From Bacteroidota bacterium (lineage in GTDB: Bacteria; Bacteroidota; Ignavibacteria; UBA10030; JAZGDE01): a DNA stretch of 64,000 nt. The position numbers and the translations under genes were made by a program. This document shows positions 55,345-63,496 of this stretch, in pieces; the first letter of the stretch is position 1, and the number at the start of each line of letters is the position of its first letter. The stretch lies in contig JAZGDE010000015.1 of the NCBI GenBank assembly GCA_036477295.1, positions 1,287 to 65,286 of the forward strand, given 5' to 3'. The notes under the pieces were generated by a model, which was given only the letters and a program-made list of their open reading frames with translations, was not told the origin of the DNA and did not search any database.

Positions 55345-55743
55345 ATGGTTTCCATCCGCAGGATAATCGAAACCTGCATCTACGTCGCCGACCTCGATCG
55401 GTCGGAACGCTTCTATCGTGACGTTATCGGTCTTCGGGTTGTGCAGAAAAATGAAGGCCGGGATCTCTTCTTTGCAGCGGGGACTTCAATGCTCATGGTG
55501 TTCTACGCGCCGGAGACGCGCAAGGGAGGATTCTTACCACCGCACGGCACGGAAGGGTCGTCTCATTTTGCGTTTGAAATCGATCCAGGGGATCTTGATG
55601 CATGGAAGCGTCATCTTTTGGATTTTGCTGTTTCGATCGAGAGCGAGGTCACCTGGCCCCATTCACAGCACCGATCGATCTACATTCGTGACCCCGACGG
55701 AAATCTTGTTGAATTCATTGCGCGGGGCGTTTGGCCAGTTTGA
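55345..55743 (+). CDS. VOC-family (glyoxalase/bleomycin-resistance) protein
   Basis: 'IETCIYVADLDRSERFYRDVIGL' and 'SIYIRDPDGNLVEF'. Confidence 0.8.
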   Translation: MVSIRRIIETCIYVADLDRSERFYRDVIGLRVVQKNEGRDLFFAAGTSMLMVFYAPETRKGGFLPPHGTEGSSHFAFEIDPGDLDAWKRHLLDFAVSIESEVTWPHSQHRSIYIRDPDGNLVEFIARGVWPV

Positions 55744-55771
55744 ATCCTCACTCAATCATCAACAGTGTAGC

Positions 55772-55789
55772 CGCAACCTTTAGGTTGCG
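55772..55789 (+). terminator. short hairpin after the VOC gene (no U-tract)
   Basis: CGCAACC 55772-55778, loop TTTA, GGTTGCG 55783-55789. Confidence 0.3.
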
Positions 55790-56015
55790 TAGTTGCTGAG
55801 TGGTTCATCAATAACAAAGAGAGCGTTCAGCCGACAACACATTTTTTCCTGCGAGCCGGTGACTTTGCTGATGAACACCAAGAAAGCGCAATACAACAGC
55901 TGTGGCCTTCAGGTACAGCCTGTTTCTTTGATTCTCTAGCCCTCTTTCTCTATATTGACGATCAGAGGACTCCCGGACTCGATTCTCACCTATCACATTC
56001 TGAAATTTTTTCCCT

Positions 56016-57563
56016 ATGTCGAAAGACAAACTGCAACAACTTCGCGAGCTGAAGAAGCAAGCTCAGCTCGGCGGTGGAAAGGAACGAATCGAAGAGCAGC
56101 ATAAGAAGGGAAAACTTACCGCTCGCGAACGATTGGACGTGCTGCTGGATGAGAGGAGCTTTGAAGAAATCGATGCTCTCGTAAAACATCGATCCCGCGA
56201 TTTCGGCCTGGAGAAGCAGCATTATCTCGGCGACGGTGTGGTGACAGGGAGCGGAACAATCGACGGTCGGCTCGTCTTCGTCTTCAGCCAGGATTTCACG
56301 GTGTTTGGCGGTTCGCTATCAGAAGCCCACGCGGAAAAAATCTGCAAGATCATGGACATGGCGATGAAGGTCGGTGCGCCGGTCATCGGTCTCAATGATT
56401 CCGGCGGTGCTCGGATTCAGGAAGGTGTAGCCAGCCTTGGAGGCTACGCAAATATCTTCTTGAGAAACACGCTTGCCTCCGGGGTTGTACCTCAGATATC
56501 CGCCATCATGGGACCCTGTGCTGGTGGGGCCGTTTATTCGCCGGCAATCACCGATTTCGTCTTCATGGTGAAGAACACAAGCTACATGTTTGTGACCGGG
56601 CCACATGTCGTGAAGACCGTGACGCATGAAGACGTGTCGTTCGAGGATCTCGGTGGAGCCTTGACCCATGCCACGAAGAGCGGCGTGGCCCATTTTGCAT
56701 CCGAGAACGAGATCGACTGCCTTCAAATGGTCAGAACCCTCTTCAGCTATATCCCGTCCAATAATCTTGATGACCCGCCCTACGTCAAGTCAGATGATGA
56801 CCCGAATCGCGTGGAGTCGCGGTTAAGTTCCATCGTTCCGGATAATCCGATAAAACCGTACGATATGAAAGAGATTATCAAGCTCGTGGTTGACGACGGC
56901 AAATTTTTCGAGGTTCATGAACTCCACGCGCAAAATCTCGTCGTCGGATTTGCCCGACTCGGTGGAAAGTCTGTGGGGATTGTTGCTAACCAGCCTTCGG
57001 TGCTTGCCGGCGTCCTGGACATTGACTCTTCCATCAAGGGAGCACGGTTTATCCGCTTTTGCGACGCGTTCAATATTCCCCTGGTGGTCTTTGAAGATGT
57101 CCCCGGGTTCTTGCCCGGAACGGATCAGGAGTGGCGCGGAATCATCAAAAATGGCGCGAAGCTGCTCTACGCCTTCTGCGAGGCGACGGTGCCGAAGATT
57201 ACAGTGATCACGCGAAAGGCTTACGGGGGCGCGTATGACGTGATGAACTCGAAGCATATTCGCGGCGACTTTAACTTTGCGTGGCCGTCAGCGGAGATCG
57301 CCGTCATGGGTCCCAAAGGGGCGGTGGAGGTCATCTTCCGCAAGGAAATCGAAAAAGCAGCGGACAGGGAAAAATCGATCCAAGAAAGAGAGCTTGAGTA
57401 TCGCGAAAAATTTGCCAATCCGTACATTGCAGCCGAGCGGGGGTACATCGACGACGTCATCGAGCCTAGCGAGACGCGGCCCCGGCTGATTCGTTCCCTC
57501 CAAGTTCTTGAGAACAAAGTCGACAGGAATCCCAAGAAGAAACACGGCAATATGCCGTTATGA
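56016..57563 (+). CDS. acyl-CoA carboxylase carboxyltransferase (beta) subunit, methylmalonyl/propionyl-CoA type
   Basis: '[14 protein letters not shown]', '[14 protein letters not shown]' and '[15 protein letters not shown]'. Confidence 0.9.
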   Translation: MSKDKLQQLRELKKQAQLGGGKERIEEQHKKGKLTARERLDVLLDERSFEEIDALVKHRSRDFGLEKQHYLGDGVVTGSGTIDGRLVFVFSQDFTVFGGSLSEAHAEKICKIMDMAMKVGAPVIGLNDSGGARIQEGVASLGGYANIFLRNTLASGVVPQISAIMGPCAGGAVYSPAITDFVFMVKNTSYMFVTGPHVVKTVTHEDVSFEDLGGALTHATKSGVAHFASENEIDCLQMVRTLFSYIPSNNLDDPPYVKSDDDPNRVESRLSSIVPDNPIKPYDMKEIIKLVVDDGKFFEVHELHAQNLVVGFARLGGKSVGIVANQPSVLAGVLDIDSSIKGARFIRFCDAFNIPLVVFEDVPGFLPGTDQEWRGIIKNGAKLLYAFCEATVPKITVITRKAYGGAYDVMNSKHIRGDFNFAWPSAEIAVMGPKGAVEVIFRKEIEKAADREKSIQERELEYREKFANPYIAAERGYIDDVIEPSETRPRLIRSLQVLENKVDRNPKKKHGNMPL

Positions 57564-57771
57564 GTTGCGCCTTCCCCCGCCAATATGCCGCGAGGTCTGC
57601 CAGGAAGTCTGGAGGATTGTCCGGAACTTACCGTCGGAGTCCAACCCTTATCGGGTCGGTACTCTGCTGAACTCGGAGACGAAGTCCTGCGCAAAGTGCC
57701 TCTCAGCGACATAATTTTTCTCGTAATCGCTTCAATAGCTGCAACTTTCCGCGTCCAGCTTAAGAATTTCC

Positions 57772-57799
57772 TTGACTTTCCCTACTAAACCTCTATATT
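57772..57799 (+). promoter_or_regulatory. sigma70-type promoter upstream of the lytic transglycosylase
   Basis: TTGACT 57772-57777, 16-nt spacer, TATATT 57794-57799. Confidence 0.5.
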
Positions 57800-57842
57800 T
57801 GATGGCTAATTGTATCCTTATTCACTCAGTACAACGTGATAG

Positions 57843-60050
57843 ATGGATAAGAAAATACGGCTTCTTCTTCTCATACTACCTCCCTTCATTCTGTTCGGTT
57901 GCTCCTCACACCAGTCAGCAAAGATTTCCTCATCATCCCCAGTCAATCCTCCTCTTGATTCCACCGCGGAGCAGCAAGCGCCGGCAAGTGTTGTCCCGGA
58001 CTCTGTGGTAGAGAATCTCGAACCGGACACCGCATTGACCGTTCGGGAAGTGATCACGCAGAAAATGGAAGAAGCACGTCTTCACTACCGTGCGGCCCTG
58101 GATGCACAAGCTGCCGGGGACTCGATGCTTTCCTCGCAGGAGTTCGAAGAGGCGATCGAAGTTCTCAACGCGCTCAGCTACTATCCGGAAGCGGAGGAGA
58201 ATGAGGAATTTGACGACCTGATCCAGAGCGTTATCGAGGATTACGAACGGTACATCGCTTCCATCGACGAACTGGGTCCGGAAAGCTCTGTATTTGCACT
58301 ACGAGAAAAATTGAATCAGATCGTTGAATTGATCGATATCAGCGGGATTAGGATTCCGAAGAGAATCTTCAAGGGAACGCAGGTTCCCTTCGTCGTGAAT
58401 GAGCATGTGGAGCGCAACGTTGCTTTCTACCTGACAAAAGGGAAGGAGCATTTGGAGCTGTGGTTGTACCGCTCCGGTAAGTACTTTCCGCATATGAAAA
58501 GGATTTTTCAAGAAGAAGGAGTGCCCGAAGAGTTAGTGCATCTCTCGATGATGGAAAGCGGGCTGAATCCTGCTGCCCGATCCTGGATGAGGGCGGTGGG
58601 CCAATGGCAGTTCATGAGAGGAACAGGACGACTTTACGGATTGAAAGGAAATTGGTGGTATGATGAACGGAGGGACTTTGAGAAGTCGACCCGAGCGGCA
58701 GCTCGACTCCTGAAGGATCTCTACGAGCGCTTCGACGACTGGTATCTTGCCATCGCGGCGTACAATTCTGGAGCCGGGCGGATCAACAGGGCAATCCGGC
58801 GCAGCGGCTCGAAGGATTTCTGGACCATGCGTCGATACCTACCACGTCAAACTCGAAACTTCGTCCCACAATACCTGGCTGTCGCCATGATGGCGATGAG
58901 TCCAGAGGAGTTCGGGTTCCAAGGAATTACGCCCGCACCTGCTCTCGAGTTCGACATGGTCACGATCGATGACTGCGTTGATCTGACTGTGCTTGCAAAG
59001 GCCGCAGAAACAGACGTTGAAACGATCCACGAGCTGAATCCGGAGCTCCTCCGGTGGTCCACGCCACCCGGATACAGAGGCTACGGTTTGAGGATTCCAA
59101 AGGGGAAAGCGGATATTTTTGCTTCCAATTATGCCGAGATTCCCGACGATCAGAAGCGAGACTGGGTGGTCCATCGCGTCCGGCGAGGCGAAACGTTGAG
59201 CGGGATCTCCAAGAAGTACGGCATCTTAATGGGGTTGATCCTCGAAACGAACAAGATAAGAAATAAACATCGGCTTTCTGTGGGACAGACGATTGTGATT
59301 CCCGTGCCAGTGGGCTCTGCCCGATATGCTGGGCGGGTCAGTAGAGCGAAGCCAGAGCGTCGAAGGGCGAAGGCGAGAACCGTGTCCAGAAAGGCCTCCT
59401 CAAAGCAGCTGGCGTATGCGGACAAAGCGAAAGTGCTCTACCGCATCCGTCGGGGTGACACCATTGGGCACATCGCTGAGTGGTTTGACACCCGCGCCAG
59501 CCGAATCCGGATGTGGAACGACATCCCGTACGGGAGTATTATTCGAGAAAATGAGCAGCTTGTCATCTGGGTGCCAGAGAGGAAACATTCGGACTATGAG
59601 AAGCTGAACGACTTCTCATTCGAGGAAAAGCAGCGTCTCGAGAGCGGGGAAGTTGCTGAACAGCGGTCGAATGCGTCAAAGTCTCGATCGGGTCATTGGG
59701 TGGACTACAAGGTGCGATGGGGTGACACGCTTGGCGAAATCGCGGCGATGTTTGGGAGTAGTGTTGACGACCTGAAATCGTGGAACGGGCTCCGTTCGAA
59801 CAAGATCAAAGCGGGCCAAACGTTGCTTGTCTTGGTTGGTGAAAAAGAGTCGAATGGCACTGTCGCCACAAACGGAAGAGACAGTTCAGAGCATTCGTAT
59901 GTTCTCCACAAGGTCCGAAAGGGAGAATCATTGTACACGATCGCAAGACTGCACGGTGTCTCGATCCGGGAGGTTCAGGACTGGAACCAATTGCGGAGTT
60001 CACGCATCTACGCAGGGCAGGAATTACGAATCTACAACGTCCGCGGGTGA
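57843..60050 (+). CDS. MltD-like lytic transglycosylase lipoprotein with four LysM domains
   Basis: Lipobox 'ILFGCSS' and SLT core 'MMESGLNPAARSWMRAVGQWQFM'. LysM repeats begin 'HRVRRGETLSGIS', 'YRIRRGDTIGHIA', 'YKVRWGDTLGEIA' and 'HKVRKGESLYTIA'. Confidence 0.88.
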   Translation: MDKKIRLLLLILPPFILFGCSSHQSAKISSSSPVNPPLDSTAEQQAPASVVPDSVVENLEPDTALTVREVITQKMEEARLHYRAALDAQAAGDSMLSSQEFEEAIEVLNALSYYPEAEENEEFDDLIQSVIEDYERYIASIDELGPESSVFALREKLNQIVELIDISGIRIPKRIFKGTQVPFVVNEHVERNVAFYLTKGKEHLELWLYRSGKYFPHMKRIFQEEGVPEELVHLSMMESGLNPAARSWMRAVGQWQFMRGTGRLYGLKGNWWYDERRDFEKSTRAAARLLKDLYERFDDWYLAIAAYNSGAGRINRAIRRSGSKDFWTMRRYLPRQTRNFVPQYLAVAMMAMSPEEFGFQGITPAPALEFDMVTIDDCVDLTVLAKAAETDVETIHELNPELLRWSTPPGYRGYGLRIPKGKADIFASNYAEIPDDQKRDWVVHRVRRGETLSGISKKYGILMGLILETNKIRNKHRLSVGQTIVIPVPVGSARYAGRVSRAKPERRRAKARTVSRKASSKQLAYADKAKVLYRIRRGDTIGHIAEWFDTRASRIRMWNDIPYGSIIRENEQLVIWVPERKHSDYEKLNDFSFEEKQRLESGEVAEQRSNASKSRSGHWVDYKVRWGDTLGEIAAMFGSSVDDLKSWNGLRSNKIKAGQTLLVLVGEKESNGTVATNGRDSSEHSYVLHKVRKGESLYTIARLHGVSIREVQDWNQLRSSRIYAGQELRIYNVRG

Positions 60051-60194
60051 GACCGCTCGACGAACGCTCTTTCGCAGCCGGGAACGAAAGATCCAGCCAC
60101 TTTCTAGCGGAACTTTCCTTCTACTAGAAGACATCGAGACGTTTCAGGACCTCATAGAGCTTTGCCTTCGCTGTCGAGACTCTTGTTGGATGTG

Positions 60195-60221
60195 GCCTCG
60201 TTTCTTTTTGACGGGGCTTTA
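60195..60221 (+). terminator. putative intrinsic terminator
   Basis: GCCTCGT 60195-60201 pairs with ACGGGGC 60211-60217 (one G-U), followed by TTTATT. Confidence 0.45.
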
Positions 60222-60262
60222 TTGTCTGCATGAAAGGGGACAACAATTTCAAAGTCTAGGGG

Positions 60263-60688
60263 ATGCGCTTCAACGAAGGTCGGGAAGTAACGCCGTTCGA
60301 ACCGGACCGCTCACTTGCGACGATTGATACCTCCCAGGGATGGAGGTTTCTCTACGACGGCAATCCCTTTGACGGTATTATTCGTTCTGGCTTCAAGCAG
60401 CCACAGGACCTGACCTACTCTTCGAACAGCCGCTACATCTTTGTGGTCGACTCGGGGACCGACAGTCTCTACCAGTTTACCTCGATCGGCGTCGAGGGAA
60501 TCAGTCCGCCCGTATTCTCCCAGGAGCAAAAGAATATCATCGTGTCATTCGGCGGGGAAGGGGACGGGAATAAGCAGTTCCCTGATCCTTTCGGCGTGGC
60601 GTACTATGAGCCCGATAAGATCGTGCTGGTCGCAGACCGGGGCAACAACCGGATCGTTCGCTTCAAGCTCTCCACAGATTTTCAGTAA
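60263..60688 (+). CDS. short NHL-repeat-like protein, possibly a fragment of a beta-propeller gene
   Basis: Two NHL-like units: 'FKQPQDLTYSSNSRYIFVVDSGTDSLYQF' and 'FPDPFGVAYYEPDKIVLVADRGNNRIVRF'. There is no signal peptide, and there are too few blades for a propeller. Confidence 0.5.
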   Translation: MRFNEGREVTPFEPDRSLATIDTSQGWRFLYDGNPFDGIIRSGFKQPQDLTYSSNSRYIFVVDSGTDSLYQFTSIGVEGISPPVFSQEQKNIIVSFGGEGDGNKQFPDPFGVAYYEPDKIVLVADRGNNRIVRFKLSTDFQ

Positions 60689-60833
60689 TAGTCAAAGGCA
60701 TAGTCACGCTGAAGGTAGCGAAGGATCTAATCCATTTCAAGAGGTAGATTCTTCGTTAGTGGGTTATACCTTCCTCCAAGAGGTGCGTCGTTGAAGATGA
60801 CGTCTCCAGTATTGCCGGGATGTTCGACGAGAA

Positions 60834-61361
60834 TCACGCGGGATACTTCTTCGAGCTGACGATAGACACCCGATACCAGTACTCACGGTGGATGTAGTGC
60901 GTAATGAGCGCAGTTAGTGATTGGACAAGCGAGGATGGCACAACGATGTAGAGGCGGTGTGGCTCATTATTCTCTTTGTTTTCTAAGTCAAGGTACAAGT
61001 TGTATTGTGTAAGGGCATCTTCAGTATCAAGCTCTTTCTCAGTTGCTCGCACGACTCCGATGGCGTAGCGGTGCGCTTTTGGGTCGAAACCCACGACGTC
61101 TGGGTACTTGTTCTCCTGATCGCCGAACCCCGTGTTTTTGATCACCGTCGGACGCTGATATCCTTCGAGGGCTGTCGCGGATTTAATCTCAAAGCCTTCG
61201 CGAGATAAGCAGTCGGCGAGTTCCTGCAGAAGGCCAACATACTTTGGATCTTGAAGACGATCTGCGTGCAGCATGTGAAAGTAGTTTTCCGTACCGATTC
61301 TTACCGAGAGGCCCCGAGAGAAATTAGGTAAACTCTGAGGGAAAATCAAGGTCGCCGCCAC
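60834..61361 (-). CDS. hypothetical protein
   Basis: 175-aa ORF with a GTG start. No firm motif. 'YPDVVGFD..(17)..VVRATEKE' is only faintly PD-(D/E)xK-like. Confidence 0.5.
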   Translation of the reverse strand: MAATLIFPQSLPNFSRGLSVRIGTENYFHMLHADRLQDPKYVGLLQELADCLSREGFEIKSATALEGYQRPTVIKNTGFGDQENKYPDVVGFDPKAHRYAIGVVRATEKELDTEDALTQYNLYLDLENKENNEPHRLYIVVPSSLVQSLTALITHYIHREYWYRVSIVSSKKYPA

Positions 61362-61410
61362 AGGCGGCAGGAGCCTTGCGTCGCACGAATATGAATGGAG
61401 TGCCTGTAGT

Positions 61411-61469
61411 AACCGACCCGTCCCGACGAACTACGGTCTCGTAGAGAAGTCGGGACCACCAGATCGGTT
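61411..61469 (+). repeat. 59-nt nested-hairpin element, copy B (fully paired)
   Basis: Three nested stems: AACCGA/TCGGTT (6 bp), GTCCCGAC/GTCGGGAC (8 bp) and CTACG/CGTAG (5 bp). TTTTT follows at 61476-61480. It lies between divergent ORFs. Confidence 0.8.
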
Positions 61470-61522
61470 GGATGGTTTTTGTGTCTCCTGGCTAGACGTG
61501 ACGTTGTCGAGGCGGAGTCCGC

Positions 61523-62017
61523 ATGTCCAGTTTTCAAGGAAGAATCATGGCCAAGGTCTCCAGAAAGCGAGGTGGGGAGGTCGCAGATGAGCAGAAGACT
61601 CGTGGTGAAATCGAAAGAATACTTGCTGGTAGGCATCACCTGAATGCCCAAACGTTAACCGTCCTTCAAGACCTCCGTCAGGCAAAGCGTCTCAGCGAAG
61701 CGCAATGGCAGAGGCTGGGGTCTGAAGTGTACGAAAAGAAGTTGCTCGAACATCTCGAAGACGCATGCCTCATGGAGCTAGAGCGGAACTTCCTCGACGA
61801 CCTGGCGAAACCCTTTCACTTATCGCACGAAGAGGTACCGCGGATTCGACGAGCGAATGCTCCGGAAGCCATCAAGAAATTGTTCCGGCATGCCTTCGAG
61901 GACCGCTATTTGAGCTTACAAGAAAAAAGTGAGTTGTTTCAACGGGGCGAATGTATGGGCTTGACGGCAGAATTCGTGGAAACATTTCTTGCCGCTCAAA
62001 GCAAAGCGCGCGAATGA
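61523..62017 (+). CDS. hypothetical helical protein
   Basis: 164-aa ORF with charged, helix-prone sequence. No motif recognised. Confidence 0.5.
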   Translation: MSSFQGRIMAKVSRKRGGEVADEQKTRGEIERILAGRHHLNAQTLTVLQDLRQAKRLSEAQWQRLGSEVYEKKLLEHLEDACLMELERNFLDDLAKPFHLSHEEVPRIRRANAPEAIKKLFRHAFEDRYLSLQEKSELFQRGECMGLTAEFVETFLAAQSKARE

Positions 62018-62044
62018 TACTATCGCGAACGGCGACGTCTCTCC

Positions 62045-62073
62045 TTGACATTCTTCAGTCAAATCTCTACTTT
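62045..62073 (+). promoter_or_regulatory. sigma70-type promoter upstream of the receiver-domain gene
   Basis: TTGACA 62045-62050, 17-nt spacer, TACTTT 62068-62073. Confidence 0.45.
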
Positions 62074-62090
62074 AATCAGGTTCTTTTGTC

Positions 62091-62513
62091 ATGCAGCTAG
62101 AGTCTGGAGCGTCACGGGAGGACAGCTTGACACAAGGGAAGAGAATTCTCCTCGTAGAGGATGAACAGTCGATTGCGCTGGTCTTGAAGGGAGTGATCAC
62201 GGAGCTAGGATACGATGTCCGTGTTGCTTATTCGGGAGAAGAGGCGCTCGATACATTGAAGGAATTGGAAGTGGACCTGGTGATCACTGACATCAAGATG
62301 CCGGGGATGGACGGGTTCGAGTTGATTCAGACGTTGCAAGAGAATGCCAAGTACGCGAGAATGAATTTCGTGATCCTAACTGCCTTCAACGACGAGGAAG
62401 CGATCGCCAAAGCGAAGAAAGACTATGGGATCGAGTATTATATCACCAAACCGTTCGATTTGCGCAATCTCGAAGCTGCGGTTGTAGACATCATGAAGTC
62501 GCTATCGACGTAG
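62091..62513 (+). CDS. stand-alone response-regulator receiver domain (CheY-like)
   Basis: 'ILLVEDE', 'DLVITDIKMPGMDG', 'ILTAF' and 'YITKPF'. No output domain. Confidence 0.88.
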   Translation: MQLESGASREDSLTQGKRILLVEDEQSIALVLKGVITELGYDVRVAYSGEEALDTLKELEVDLVITDIKMPGMDGFELIQTLQENAKYARMNFVILTAFNDEEAIAKAKKDYGIEYYITKPFDLRNLEAAVVDIMKSLST

Positions 62514-62599
62514 CTGTTGGACTGGACTGAGGGGAAGCTCCCGTCAGTACCTCTCCTTGCGTAACCTGCTCACCACCTCGCATCAGGAGCACTCCGAGT

Positions 62600-62911
62600 T
62601 CATCTCAGAGAGTGGGCGCACTGGGGGCAAGAAGCCTCCAGGTTGATCAAAGCGTTCATACTATTCCGCGTCGGCGCTGAAAAGAGATTGATTCCCTGAA
62701 GCAAACTTGCCTTCGCAGGATTGACAAATGGGTCAGCGAGTGGGTCGTCGAATGCAATCGCGAGATTCCCCATGCCCCGAGCAAGCGACGGATGAAACTC
62801 CGATTGATTGCTCGCGATCACCGGCACGGTCCGTAGATGGATCGACTGTGCGATAAGTAAACACGTAAATGTCAGGAATAGGAATGCAAAGAAAAGGCTG
62901 TTCGTTTTCAT
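62600..62911 (-). pseudogene. N-terminal fragment of a secreted/outer-membrane protein
   Basis: Signal peptide 'MKTNSLFFAFLFLTFTCLLIAQS', then ~80 aa ('GNLAIAFDDPLADPFVNPAKASLL'). The ORF ends 86 nt from the convergent gene, leaving no room for a full-size barrel. Confidence 0.4.
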
Positions 62912-63035
62912 TGGAGCCTCCACAAGAAATGGGACTTACAAACATCCAACAGACTTTCCATGCCTTGTTTTTTTCCCAGCAAGTAACGTGCTGGCAAGAT
63001 GGGTTGCTGGTTCAGCGGCCTTTCGATGGTACGCT

Positions 63036-63443
63036 TTATTTCGCACCTAATGCTTCGGCAGCTCTCTCGACGTTCGAAGCGTCAACCCAGAGAATAGATC
63101 CGTAACTTCCCGCAACCGTAATGGCGTGGATAGCACGGATATTGATGCCAGCTTGCGAAAGGGCTTCCAAAGGCTTTAGAAACGCGCCGGTGCGGTCTGC
63201 GCCCTTGACAAGAAAGCCTGTACCTTCTTCGGCAAGCAGCCCGGATGCTCTCCAGGAATTTCTCAACTTGTCCGGATTCTTGGCCACCACATACAGTTGT
63301 GCCCTTCCCTCCTGAGTTGCAAATCCCCAAAGTCCCGTCAGACCGAGGCTGTTCGCTTTCAGGTCTTGCATGACCTTCAGCAGAGCACCCGGCTGATCTT
63401 CGAGGTTTGCGACGAAATACGTAACGCGACCGACTTTCGGCAT
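63036..63443 (-). CDS. tandem ACT-domain (ligand-binding) protein
   Basis: 'YFVANLEDQPGALLKVMQDL' and 'FLVKGADRTGAFLKPLEALSQAGINI' form two ACT-like beta-alpha-beta-beta-alpha-beta units. Confidence 0.65.
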   Translation of the reverse strand: MPKVGRVTYFVANLEDQPGALLKVMQDLKANSLGLTGLWGFATQEGRAQLYVVAKNPDKLRNSWRASGLLAEEGTGFLVKGADRTGAFLKPLEALSQAGINIRAIHAITVAGSYGSILWVDASNVERAAEALGAK

Positions 63444-63496
63444 ACGAACCTCCTTTTCGAACAGTGGTAAATGTTGGGATTTGTTTCTTATCTGTT

